Positions 14,526 to 31,269 of a DNA stretch of 64,000 bases are shown here, piece after piece (position 1 is the first letter of the stretch; each line of letters begins with the position of its first letter). The DNA is taken from assembly GCF_009914755.1 (NCBI RefSeq), contig NC_060928.1; one strand, written 5' to 3'. The notes beneath the pieces were generated by a model. That model did not search any database and was not told where the DNA came from. It saw only the letters and a program-made list of their open reading frames with translations. Source of the DNA: the human T2T-CHM13v2.0 reference genome, Homo sapiens. The position numbers and the translations under genes were made by a program.

Positions 14526-15512
14526 TGTTATTATAATTGCACAATTTAATTACGTATGCCTCAAAGTAATAAATAAAAGTATAAAGAGTTAGTTTTTCTG
14601 TAACACCTAAACTGAATGTGAAAGGCCCAGCACAGATGTGTTTTTAAATTCACTGCTATTTAATTAGAGGTAGGTAAGGTAATTATAAAAAGTCAGAAAA
14701 ACTATAAAACCATAGAAGATTGAAAGGAGATCAAAATGATCTCTCAGTTCTCACTCTTCTTCAAAGAAATTTAAACTGGAAATTATAAAGAATGAGTTAA
14801 ACATACATAGTTTATGCATGAAAGATAACAGAAAACTACAATTAATAGACTCGCTCAAAGTAAAGACCTTGGCATTATACCAAATAATTAAAAAATAAAT
14901 TTACATTTATATTAAGTCAAAGTCAAATATTTTTAAAGTATGTATTTTTTATGATTCCTTATTTTACTAACTCTCAATCAACAGACCAACTACTAAGTTA
15001 GAAGGTAAGGGAGCTTCTATTATATGTTATGCCAGGTACAACACGAGTAACACAAAAAAGAAACAGGTTGCCCAACCTTAGTGTTGACTATTTTGCTGGA
15101 GAAAAGACATTTCTGATTAAATTTTTTAAAAAGAAAATAAATATTGTCCTATCAGATAGTGCTTTTAAATTAAATTTACATAAATAGCTATGCTTTTATA
15201 GTTATTCTTTATGGTTTTTATTATTTTTCTGGCTTACCACTTGTAGTATCATTTCAAAAGATTTAAAGAGCACTTACTATAAGAATATAAAACAATAAAA
15301 CTGAAATCATATAGTCCAAGACTTTAATTTTATATATTAAAAAACTGAGTTCCATATAAATTCAGGTACTAATACCAAGAAAATTACCCAGGCAGGGACT
15401 GCAGTAATAAAGTCATAACCAATTATTCCAAACAGACAATAAAATGTTGGCAAAGATCATCTTTATAAAAGTTTTGATCTTTTAGGTGACAAAGATGAAT
15501 CAAACACAATGT

Positions 15513-15699
15513 CTGTATTTCTTTGAATTGAATTTGTCTCCAACAAAAGATGCACCATTCTTTTACATACCATTAAAAAGAAAAATTGCTGCCTATTAAC
15601 CTTTGACAAGCCATTGAATATGGCTGCATCTCACTTTTGCAGGTGTTAAAAGGTGGGAAAAGGGGGATAGTTAGTGAATTTTAGAATCAAATAAGATAG
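15513..15699 (-). mobile_element. MER104 (Tc2/Kanga-type DNA transposon fossil)
   Basis: Matches the reverse complement of the remembered MER104 consensus (gatgcaccatt..taccat..aagaaaaa..gctgcc..ttagaatc); degenerate terminal inverted repeats. Confidence 0.65.
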
Positions 15700-15716
15700 A
15701 AGAGAGAGTCAGACAA

Positions 15717-15742
15717 ATATAGTGGCATATATGCCACTATAT
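15717..15742. repeat. Perfect 26-bp palindrome
   Basis: ATATAGTGGCATA|TATGCCACTATAT is its own reverse complement. Confidence 0.95.
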
Positions 15743-16079
15743 GCATATATAACCACTATGGTTAATTCCCATAGGAAGGCAGGCACCCCAGCAGCCATTT
15801 GCACCCTGCCACAGCTGCCGCTATATTTTTGTGTATTTTTTTATATAAATGAAAAAAAAAAAACCATTCTAGACAACTGGCTGGTATGACTCTCCAGATG
15901 CCTCACCTCACCTGACAGATTTCACTAATCCAAGCCTCCTTGGTGAAAATAGCCACACCACTGCCACAGTGCAGCATTTCTTTTTGGGATTAATACAAAA
16001 GATCCTAAAAACTAGAATTGTTGTTTCCTTTTTTATGCTCCTCCAATTAATCATACACATTTTTTTTTTTCCTATCTGG

Positions 16080-16480
16080 TATTCTCCAGTTCTAAAGTGC
16101 AACTAGAAATAATCCTTCTAAAGTTGCACCCCTTCCTCTGTTTAAAATCCCTGAAGAACTCTCCATGTGATCTGCAGGAAAACGTCAATTCCTTAAGCAG
16201 AGAATATAAAATTTTATATCATCTGGTCCCTACCCGCCATGTGGGTCTCATCCTGCATAATTCCCTTACATATGTTGAGACACAGCCATATTACATGGCC
16301 TGAATGTATTAGACATATAAGGTTTTATTCAGTTATCTGTTACTTATCCTACTTTCTGAAAATCATTGAGAATGAAATTCTACTTCTTCTGACTGAGCTC
16401 AAATTTTACCCACTCATTTAAGCCTTCTTTGATGTCTAAAGCCAAAGTAAGGTCCTCCATAAATACACTCTTATATATAT
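16080..16480 (+). mobile_element. L2 fragment
   Basis: ctgtttaaaatccctg..aattccttaagc..tcatctggtccctacc resembles the L2 3' region. Confidence 0.5.
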
Positions 16481-16487
16481 ACTGGAT

Positions 16488-16950
16488 ATGTTACAGTCAT
16501 GGTATCTGCCATGCCCAGACTTAAGTAGCCTTTGCCCAGAGCCCATGGCTCTGGGGATAGCATGCACTATTCTGTGCACAGACAGAAGCCAATGATTAGA
16601 TTATAATTTTGCATATTTTCTGAGGGCAGTCCTATCAACAGCTGACTGGTATAAAGAGCTTTGACAAATACAAGTGATGGCAATTAGCTAAACCAACAAG
16701 ACTGGATTTCTTCGGGATTTGGACTAGAGAAGAGAGAGAATCAGTCTTTTGGCTGGAAAAGAAGAAGGAGCAGCTACATAGAGGGGTACCACCATAGTGG
16801 AGACTATAAGGCCATATGAACTGGTAAGAGGAACACACCTGTAGATACATTCAGGTTTCCCAGTTCTAGTTAAAATTCCACGTATATACTTATCATATAT
16901 TCCTTATTACTTAAAATGACTCAAGCCTCTGTTTTTTACAGCAAAAAGAT
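16488..16950 (+). mobile_element. Ancient ERVL-type LTR (LTR16/LTR67-like)
   Basis: Starts TGT; ggatttggactagag motif; end resembles ERVL/MaLR LTR 3' ends. Family uncertain. Confidence 0.35.
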
Positions 16951-16994
16951 CCAGGTATGAATATATGTATATGTTTACATTTTTAATACATGAA

Positions 16995-17151
16995 ATCATT
17001 CCTTCAATATTTATTGAGCAGTTTAATGTATACCAAGCACTGTTCAGTGGTGGTAGGTATAGAGTGGTAGAAGAGACAAGGGTCCTGCTCTCACACATTC
17101 TAGTGGAAAAGACAAATAATAAGCAAGAAGATAAATAATTTCAGGTAGTAA
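16995..17151 (-). mobile_element. L2 3' end, left part (split by the L1PA7 insertion)
   Basis: cattccttcaatatttattgagc..gcactgttc..gtcctgctctca..ctagtgg is the typical antisense L2 end; it continues at 29713. Confidence 0.75.
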
Positions 17152-19735
17152 ATAGCCAAACAGGAACAGCTCCGGTCTGCAGCTCCCAGCAAGACCAACG
17201 CAGAAGGAAGATGATTTCTGCATTTCCAACTGAGGTACTCAGTTCATCTCATCGGGACTGGTTAGGCAGTGGGTCCAACCCATGGAGGATGAACAGAAGT
17301 AGGGTGGGGTGTCGCTTCACCCAGGAAGTGCAAGGAGTCAGGGAACTCCCTCCCACAGCCAAGGAAAGCTGTGAGGGACTGGTTACTATGCTTTTCCCAC
17401 GGTTTCTGCAATCTGTAGATCAGGAGATTCCCCCGTGTGCCTAAACCACCAGGGCCCTGAGTTTCAAGCACAAAACTGTGTGGCTGTTTCATACCCCAGT
17501 GGCGCCTGGAACGAGAGTGAGACAGAACCGTTTGCTCCCCTGGAAAGGGGGCTGAAGCCAGGGAGCCAAGTGGTCTTGCTCGGCGGGTCCAACTCCCATG
17601 AAACCCAGCAAGCTAAGGACCACTAGCTTGAAATTTTGCTGCAAGCACAGCAGTCTGAAGTCCACCTGATATGATCAAGCTTGGTTGCGGGAGGGGCATC
17701 CGCCATTATTGAGGCTTGAATAGGCAGTTTTCCCCTGACAGTGCTGAGGCTGGGAAGTCTGGGCTGGGCGTGGCAAAGTGGCTGTGGCCAGACCACTTCT
17801 CTAGATTCCTCCTAATTGGGCAGGACATCTCTGAAAGAAAGTTAACAGCCCCAGTTAGGGCCCTACAGACAAAATCCCCATTGCCCTAAGGAAGGGGCGG
17901 CTGTGGGCACAGCTTCAGCAGATTTAATCGTTCCTGCCTGCCGGTTGTGAAGAAAGCAGCTGATCCTGACAAGAGGGATTCTCCCAGCACAGCGCACCAG
18001 CTCTGCTAAGGGACAGACTATCTCAAGTGGGTCCCTGACTCCCATGCCTCCTGACAGGGAGAAACCTCCCAACAGGGGCTGACAGACATCTCATATAGGA
18101 GAGCTCCAGCTGGCATCAGGCCGGTGACTCTCTGGGATGGAGCAGGTAGCAATTTTTGCTGTTCTGCACCCTCCACTAGAGATACCCAGGCGAACAGGTC
18201 TGGAGTGGACCTCCAGCAAACTGCAGCAGAGCTGCAGAAGAGGGGCCTGTTAGAAGAAAAACTAACAAACAGAAAGCAACAACATCAACATAAAAGACCC
18301 CCCCACAAAAAGCCCCATCCAAAGCTCATCAGCCTCAAAAATCAAAGGTAGATAAATCCATGAAGATGAGGAAAAATCAGTGCAAAAACGCAGAAAATTC
18401 CAAAAACCAGAATGCCTCTTCTGCTCCAAATGATTGCAACTCCTCTCCAACAAGAGCACAAAACTGGACAAAGAATGAGGTTAAAGAATTGACAGAAGTA
18501 GGCTTCAGAAGGTGGGTAATAAAAAAACTCCTCTGCGTTAAAGGAGCATGTTCTAACCCAATGCAAGGAAGCTAGGAACCTTGACAAAAGTTTACAGGAA
18601 CTGCTAACTAGAATAACCAGTTTAAAGAGGAACATAAATGACTTGATGGAGCTGAAAAACACAGCATGAGAACTTAGTGAAGCATACAAAAGTATCAATA
18701 GCCAAATCGATCAAATGGAAGAAAGGACATCACATCTGAAGATCAATTTACTGAAATAAAATCTGAAGGAAAGATTAGAGAAAAAAGCATGAAAAGGAAT
18801 GAACAAAGACTCCAAGAAATATGGGACTATGTGAAAAGACCAAACCTACGACTGACTGGGGAACCTGAAAGTGACAGGGAGAATGGAACCAAGTCAGAAA
18901 ACACTCTTCAGGATATCATCCAGGAGAACTTCCCCAACCTAGCAAGGCAGGCCAACATTCAAATTCAGGAAATGCGGAGAACACCACTAAGATACTCCTT
19001 GAGAAGAGCAACCCTAAGTCACATAATCATCAGATTTTCCAAGGTTGAAATGAAGGAAAAAATGTTAAGGGCAGCCAGAGAGAAAGGTCAGGTTACCTAC
19101 AAAGGGAAACTCATTAGACTAACAGCAGATCTCTCTGCAGAAATCCTACAGGCCAGAACAGACTGGGGGCCAATATCCAACAATCTTAAAGAGAATAATT
19201 TTCAACCAAAAATTTCATACCCAGCCAAACTAAGCTTCATAAATGAAGGGGAAATAAAATCATTTAAAGACAAGCAAATGCTGAGGTATTTTGTCACCAC
19301 CACATCTGTCTTCCAAGAGCTCCTGAAGGAAGCACTAAATATGGAAAGGAAAAACCAGTACCAGCCACTGCAAAAACACAATAAAATATAAAGACCAATG
19401 ACACTATGAAGAAACTGCCTTAACTAATGTGCAAAATATCCAGCTAGCATCATGGCGACAGGATCAAATTCACACACAACAATATTAACCTTAAATGTAA
19501 ATGGGCTAAATGCCCCAATTTAAACACACAGACTGGCAAATAGGATAAAGAGTCAAGACCCATTGGTGTGCTGTATTCAGGAGACCTATCTCACGTGTAA
19601 AGACACACATAGGCTCAAAATAAAGGGATGGAGGAATATTTACCAAGCAAATGAAAAGCAAAAAAAAGCAAAGGTTGTAATCCTAGTCTCTGATAAAACA
19701 GACTTTAAACCAACAGAGATCAAAAAAGACAAAGA

Positions 19736-20777
19736 GGGTGGAGCCAAGATGGCCGAATAGGAACAGCTCGGGTCTACAGCTCCCAGCGTGAGCAACGCAG
19801 AAAACGGGTGATTTCTGCATTTCCATCTGAGGTACTGGGTTCATCTCACTAGGGGGTGCCAGACAGTGGGTGCAGGACAGTGGGTGCAGTGCACTGTGTG
19901 CGAGCTGAAGCAGGGCGAGGCATTGCCTCACTCGGGAAGCGCAAGGGGTCAGGGAGTTCCCTTTCCTAGTCAAAGAAAGGGGTGACAGACTGCACCTGGA
20001 AAATCGGGTCACTCCCACCCTAATACTGCGCTTTTCCGACGGGCTTAGAAAATGGCACACCAGGAGATTATATCCCGCACCTGGCTTGGAGGGTCCTACG
20101 CCCACGGAGTCTCGCTGATTGCTAGCACAGCAGTATTGAGATCAAACTGCAAGGCGGCAGCGAGGCTGGGGGAGGGGCGCCCGCCATTGCCCAGGCTTGC
20201 TTAGGTAAACAAAGCAGCCGGGAAGCTCGAACTGGGTGGAGCCCACCACAGCTCAAGGAGGCCTGCCTGCCTCTGTAGGCTCCACCTCTGGGGGCAGGGC
20301 ACAGACAAACAAAAAGACAGCAGTAACCTCTGCAGACTTAAATGTCCCTGTCTGACAGCTTTGAAGAGAGCAGTGGTTTTCCCAGCACACCGCTGGAGAT
20401 CTGAGAACGGGCAGACTGCCTCCTCAAGTGGGTCTCTGACCCCTGACCCCTGACCTCTGAGCAGCCTAACTGGAAGGCACCCCCAAGTAGGGGCAGACTG
20501 ACACCTCACATGGCCGGGTACTCCTCTGAGACAAAACTTCCAGAGGAACGATCAGACAGCAGCATTTGCGATTCACGAAAATCTGCTGTTCTGCAGCCAC
20601 TGCTGCTGTTACCCAGGCAAACAGGGTCTGGAATGGACCTCTAGGAAACTCCAACAGACCTGCCGCTGAGGGTCCTGTCTGTTAGAAGGAAAACTAACAA
20701 ACAGAAAGGACATCCACACCAAAAACCCATCTGTACATCACCATCATCAAAGACCAAAAGTAGATAAAACCACAAAG
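19736..20777 (+). promoter_or_regulatory. L1 5'UTR: internal sense promoter (YY1 site gccaagatggcc), antisense promoter, CpG-rich
   Basis: Canonical L1PA 5'UTR sequence with many CpGs retained. Promoter activity is inferred from family knowledge, not shown by the sequence. Confidence 0.8.
20122..20187 (-). pseudogene. L1 ORF0, truncated at 21 aa by a 1-nt insertion
   Basis: ATG at 20187-20185 reads MAGAPPPASLPPCSLIS (ORF0 N-terminus) then ILLC-stop. Plus strand has cagtattgag where the L1 consensus has cagtctgag. Confidence 0.8.
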
Positions 20778-21794
20778 ATGGGGAAAAAACAGAGCAGAAC
20801 AACTGGAAACTCTAAAAAGCAGAGCGACTCTCCTCCTCCAAAGGAACGCAGTTCCTCACCAGCAACGGAACAAAGCTGGACAGAGAATGACTTTGACGAG
20901 TTGAGAGAAGAAGGCTTCAGATGATCAAACTACTCCGAGCTACAGGAGGAAATTCAAACCAAAGGCAAAGAAGTTAAAAACTTTGAAAAAAATTTAGATG
21001 AATGTATAACTAGAATAACCAATACAGAGAAGTGCTTAAAGGAGCTGATGGAGCTGAAAACCAAGGCTCGAGAACTACGTGAAGAATGCAGAAGCCTCAG
21101 GAGCCGATGCGATCAACTGGAAGAAAGGGTATCAGTGATGGAAGATGAAATGAATGAAATGAAGCGAGAAGGGAAGTTTAGAGAAAAAAGAATAAAAAGA
21201 AACAAACAAAGCCTCCAAGAAATATGGGACTATGTGAAAAGACCAAATCTACGTCTGATTGGTGTACCTGAAAGTGACGGGGAGAATGGAACCAAGTTGG
21301 AAAACACTCTGCAGGATATTATTCAGGAGAACTTCCCCAATCTAGCAAGGCAGGCCAACATTCACATTCAGGAAATACAGAGAACACCATAAAGAAACTC
21401 CTTGAGAAGAGCAACTCCAAGACACATAATTGTCAGATTCACCAAAGTGGAAATGAAGGAAAAAATGTTAAGGGCAGCCAGAGAGAAAGGTCGGGTTACC
21501 CACAAAGGGAAGCCCATCAGACTAACAGCGGATCTCTTGGCAGAAACGCTACAAGCCAGAAGAGAGTGGGGGCCAATATTCAACATTCTTAAAGAAAAGA
21601 ATTTTCAACCCAGAATTTCATATCCAGCCAAACTAAGCTTCATAAGTGAAGGAGAAATAAAATCCTTTACAGAAAAGCAAATGCTGAGAGATTTTGTCAC
21701 CACCAGGCCTGCCCTAAAAGAGCTCCTGAAGGAAGCACTAAACATGGAAAGGAACAACCGGTACCAGCCACTGCAAAATCATGCCAAATTGTAA
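20778..21794 (+). pseudogene. L1 ORF1 (nested element), disrupted
   Basis: ATG GGG AAA AAA CAG at 20778; in-frame TGA at 20922-20924 and TAA at 21390-21392; ends YQPLQNHAKL. Confidence 0.92.
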
Positions 21795-21857
21795 AGACCA
21801 TCGAGGCTAGGAAGAAACTGCATAAACTAACGAGCAAAATAACCAGCTAACATCATA

Positions 21858-25658
<3,801 letters not shown>

Positions 25659-28221
25659 ACAATGAGAACACATGGACACAGGAAGGGGACCATCACACAC
25701 CAGGGCCTGTTGTGGGGTGGAGGGAGGGGGGAGGGATAGCATTAGGAGATATACCTAATGCTAAATGACGAGTTAATGGGTGCAGCACACCAGCATGGCA
25801 CATGTATACATACGTAACCAATCTGCACATTGTGCACATGTACCCTAAAACTTAAAAGTATAATAATAATAAACAAACAAAAAAAACCCCAAAAAGACAA
25901 AGAAGGGCATTACATAATGGTAAATGGATCAATGCAACAGGAAGAGCTAACTACCCTAAATATATGTGTACCAAATACATGAGCAACCAGATTCATAAAA
26001 CAAGTTCTTACAGACCTACAAAGAGACTTAGGCTCCCATACAATACTAGTGGGAGACTTTAACATCCCACTGTCAATATTAGATCAATAAAACAGAAAAT
26101 TAACAAGGATATTCAAGACTTGAACTCAGCTCTGGACCAAGCGGACCTAATAGACATCTACAGAACTCTACACCCCACATCAACAGAATATACATTATTC
26201 TCAGCACCACATACCATGTATTCTAAAATAGGCTACATAATTGGAAGTAGAAAACTCTTCCACAAATGAAAAAGAATGGAGTTCATAACAAACAGTCTCT
26301 CAGATCACAGTGCAATCAAATTAGAACTCGGGATTAAGAAACTCACTCAAAACTGCACAACTACATGGAAATTAAACAACCTGTTCCTGAATGACTACTG
26401 CGTAAATAACAAAACTGAGACAGAAATCAAGAAGTTCTTTGAAACCAATGAGAACAAAGACACAATGTACCATAATCTCTGGGACACAGCTAAAGCAGTG
26501 TTAAGAGGGAAATTTATAGCACTAAATGCCCACATCAGAAAGTGGGAAAGATCTAAAATCAACACCCTAACATTACAATTAAAATAACTAGAGAAGCAAG
26601 AGCAAACAAATGGAAAAGCTAGCAGAAGACAATGAATAACTAAGATCAGAGCAGAACTGAAGGAGACAGAGACATGAAAAACTGCTCAAAAAATGAATGA
26701 ATCCAGGAGCTGGTTTTTTCAAAATATTAACAATATAGACGGACCTCTAGCTCAACTAATAAAGAAGAAAAGAGAGAAGAATCAAATAGACACAATAAAA
26801 AATGATAATGGGGATATCACCACTGATCCCACAGAAATAAAAACTACCATTAGAAAATACTCTAAATATCTCTATGCAAATAAAATAGAAAATCTAGAAG
26901 TGGATACATTCCTGAACACATACACCCTCCCAAGACTAAACCAGGAAGAAGTCGAATCCTTGAATAGACCAAAAACAAGTTCTAAAATTGAGGCAGTACT
27001 TAATAGCCTACCAACTCAAACAAGCCCAGGACCAGACAGATTCACAGCCGAATTCTACATCAATATTCTGTTGATGTGGGGTGTAGAGGAGCTGGTAGCA
27101 TTCCTTCTGAAACTATTCCAAACAATAGAGAAAGAGGGACTCCTCCCTAACTCATTTTATGAGGCCAGCATCGTCCTGATACCAAAACCAGACAGAAAAC
27201 AAAATTTCAGGCCAATATCCCTGATGAACATCGATGCAAAAATCCTCAATAAAATACTAGCAAACCGAATCCAGCAGCACATCAAAAAGCTTATCCACCA
27301 AGATCAAGTCGCTTTCATCCCTAGGATACAAGGCTGGTTCAACGTATGCAAATCAATAAATGAAATTCATCACATAAACAGAACCAATGACAAAAACCAC
27401 ATGATTATCTCAATAGATGCAGAAAAGGCCTTTGATAAAATTCAACATCCTTCATGCTAAAAACTCTCAATAAACTAGGTATTAATGGAGCATTTCTCAA
27501 ATTAGTAAGAGGTATTTATGACAAACCCATAGCCAGTATGATACTGAATGGGCAAAAGCTGAAAGCGTTCCCTTAGAAAACTGGCACATTACAAGGATGC
27601 CCTCTCTCACCACTCCTATTAAACATAGTATTGGAAGCTCTGGCCAGGGCAATCAGGCAACAGAAAGAAAGAAAGGATATTCAAATAGGAAGAGAGGAAG
27701 TCAAATTGTGTCTGTTTGACTGCAACATGATTGTATATTTAGAAAACCCCATCGTATCAGCCCAGAAACTCCTTAAGCTGATAAGCAACTTCAGCAAAGT
27801 CTCAGGATACCAAATTAATGTGCAAAATCAAAGGATTCCTATACAACAACAATAGACAAGCAGAGAGCCAAATCATGAGTGAACTCCCATTCACAATTGC
27901 TACAAAGAGAATAAAATACGTAGGAATCCAACTTACAAGGGATATGAAGGACCTCTTCAAGGAGAACTACAAACCACTGCTCAAGAGAGGACAGAAACAA
28001 ATGGAAAAACATTCCATGCTCATGGATAGGAAGAATTAATATTGTGAAAATGGTCATATTGCCCAAAGTAATTTATAGATTCAATGTTATTCCCATCAAG
28101 CTACCATTGACTTTCTTCACAGAATTAGAAAAAACACTTTAAATTTCATATGGAATCAAAAAAGAGCCCATATAGCCAAGACAATCCTAAGCAAAAAGAA
28201 CAAAGCTGGAGACAATCCTAA

Positions 28222-28329
<108 letters not shown>

Positions 28330-29683
28330 TAGACCAATGGAACAGAACAGAAAACTCAGAAATAACACCACACATCTACAACCATCTGATCTTCAATAAA
28401 CCTGGGAAAAACAAGCAATGGGGAAAGGATTCCCTATTTAATTAATGGTGCCAGGAAAACTGGCTAGCCCTATGCAGTAAACTGAAACTGGACCCCTTCC
28501 TTACACCTTATACAAAAATTAACTCAAAATAAATTAAAGACTTAAATGTAAAACCCAAAACCATAAAAACCCTAGAAGAAAACCCAGGCAATACCATTCA
28601 GGACAAAGGCATGGGCAAAGACTTCATGACCAAAACACCAAAAGCAATTGCAACAAAAGCCAAAATTGACAAATGGGATCGAATTAAATGAAAGAGCTTC
28701 TGCACAGCAAAATAAACTATCATCAGAGTGAACAGGCAACCTACAGAATGGGAGAAAATTTTTTCAAGCTATCCATCTGACAAAGGTCTAATATCCACAA
28801 TCTGCAAGGAACTTAAACAAATTTACAAGAAAAAAAAACCCCATCAAAAAGTGGGTGAAGGATATGAACAGACACTTCTCAAAAGAAGATATTTATACAG
28901 CCAACAAACATGAAAAAAAGCTCATGATCACTGGTCATTAGAGAAATGCGAATCAGAACTACAATGAGATACCACCTCACACCAGTTAGAATGGCAATCA
29001 TTAAAAAGCCAGGAAACAACAGATGCTGGTGAGGCTGTGGAGAAATAGGAATGCTTTTACACTGTTGGTGGGAGTGTAAATTAGTTCAACCATTGTGGAA
29101 GACAGTGTGGCAATTCCTCAAGGATCTAGAACCAGAAATTCCATTTGATCCAGCAATCCCATTACTGTGTATATACCCAAAAAATTGTAAATTATTCTAC
29201 CATCAAGACACATGTACACATATGTTTACTGAAGCACTATTTACAATAGCAAAGACTTGGAACCAACCCAAATGCCCATCAATGAGAGACTGGATAAAGA
29301 AAATGTGGCACATATACACATATATACCACAGAATACTATGCAGCCATAAAAAAGAATGAGTTCATGTCCTTTGCAGGGACATGGATGAAGCTGGAAGCC
29401 ACCATTCTTAACAAACTAACACAGGAACAGAAAACCAAACACTGCATGTTCTCACTCATAGGTGGGAGTTGAACAATGAGAACACATGGACACAGGGAGG
29501 GGAACATCACACATTGGGGCCTATTCGGGGGTGGGGGGCAAGGGAAGGGAGAGCATTAGACAAATACCTAATGCATGCGGGGCTTAAAACCTGGATGACG
29601 GGTTGATAGGTGCAGCAAACCACCATGGCACATGTATACCTATGTAACAAACCTGCATGTTCTGCCCATGTATCCCAGAACTT

Positions 29684-29712
<29 letters not shown>

Positions 29713-29715
<3 letters not shown>

Positions 29716-29990
29716 TTCAAATAGTAATAAGGTACTATGAATAAAATAAAATTGGATAATATAAAAATGAAAGAGGGGAGGGGTTGGAAAGAGCAGGGCT
29801 AGATAATGCGCTCAGGAATGCCTCCTTGATAAAAGACTGGATGAAGGGAAAAGTCCAGTCCTGTGCAGCTCTGGAGAAACACATTCAAGGCAGAAGAAAC
29901 AAGTAAAAGGTCCTCAGGTTGAAACTAGTTTACCATGTTTAAGGAAGCCAATGTAAGGTCAGAGTGACTTAAGACTAGTAACAAAATGAA
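29713..29990 (-). mobile_element. L2, right part (continuation of 16995-17151)
   Basis: aataaggtactatgaataaaataaa..cattcaaggcagaagaaacaag..aggtcctcagg..catgtttaaggaa is typical antisense L2. Confidence 0.7.
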
Positions 29991-30878
29991 GTTTGATGAG
30001 AGGTCTATACATACATAAATACCAAAACATAAACTCAATTATAAACCAAGATACATATAGAAACCAGGTTAGTTCTGGCTTTTCACGAGATTATTAAAAA
30101 TAGATATTTAAAACTTCATAGTTAAAGCTTAGGCAGATAGGATTCTGGCGGGCTTTGGGGAATGCTTTTCTTCACAGTATAATGACCTCAAGTAGCACCA
30201 GCAGAGTGGTGTTGACCATGTAATCCCAGAAATTTCTTTTCTCTTTTTCACTCAAGAATAGATAGAACATTTACATCACATCTTCTGAAATTACATAAAC
30301 ACATCAATTTGAAGGGAGGAGAATAACATTTTCTGGGCTAGCACTGAAAAATAATGGCTTTATTATTGTTTTTGTAAATATATACATGAACTCCTTCCCA
30401 AATTTCAAATAGATAATAAACATTTACTATACTGTATTCATAGGATATTGTCAGCACAAATGAATGGCATAATTAGGGGAAGTAAGATCAAATATCATAC
30501 CATTGATTATCATTAGTCAAATTATGAAAGCACATCAATAAAAATAAGTGTTTAAAATAATTCCATTGTATAATGTTATTTAAATCTGTAACATATTTAG
30601 TTGTAATCTAAAAAAATAAATATCAGGCTATCAGAAAATAAAAAATAACAAGATGCCAAATATCACTACATACTAGATTCATATACTAACTACTTTATAT
30701 GCTAAATACTAACTTTATAATCTTGTTGAAGTTTTATGTTTCTGTGTTCTAAAGCTATATATATATATATATATGCCTAAATAAATATCTTAAGATAGTT
30801 TTAAATTTCAAAAAAACTTTTTAGTGACTGTTAAAGACCAGTTTAAGAGATTCTGCAGTTAAAGAACATTCCATGTAT

Positions 30879-31103
30879 TAGGGATTAGTAAACTTTTTAT
30901 GTAAAAGGCCAGAGAGTACATAAATATTTTAGGTTTTGTGAGCCATTCAATCTCTGTCACGACTATTCAACTTCATAGTCACATAAAACAAAGCCATCAA
31001 CAAGATTTAAATGACTAAGCATGGCTGTGATCCAATAAATTTTATTTATAAAAAGATGTGGCAGGCCAGATTTGACCCACAAGCTACAGTTTGTGAACCC
31101 CTG
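30879..31103 (+). mobile_element. MER58A (hAT-Charlie MITE)
   Basis: aaactttttatgtaaaaggccaga..taaatattttaggttttgtgagcca..ggctgtgatccaataaa..ggccagatttgacc..tttgtgaacccctg. Confidence 0.85.
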
Positions 31104-31269
31104 ACAGATGTAATTAAATCTCTTTATCAGTACACTTAGGCTACAAGTAATAAAACACCCAACAAATAAGTGAGAATAGTCATTTCTGTCTATTTTATTC
31201 ACTAATGTATCTCAAAGCCTTAAATGGTGCCTGACATTTAGTAATCACTCAACGGTTGTGAATGACTAT

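Noticed and set aside
29689-29715. Pure A27 tail as a sign of recent L1 insertion
   Set aside because: The element body and TSD are clearly diverged; homopolymers re-expand by slippage.
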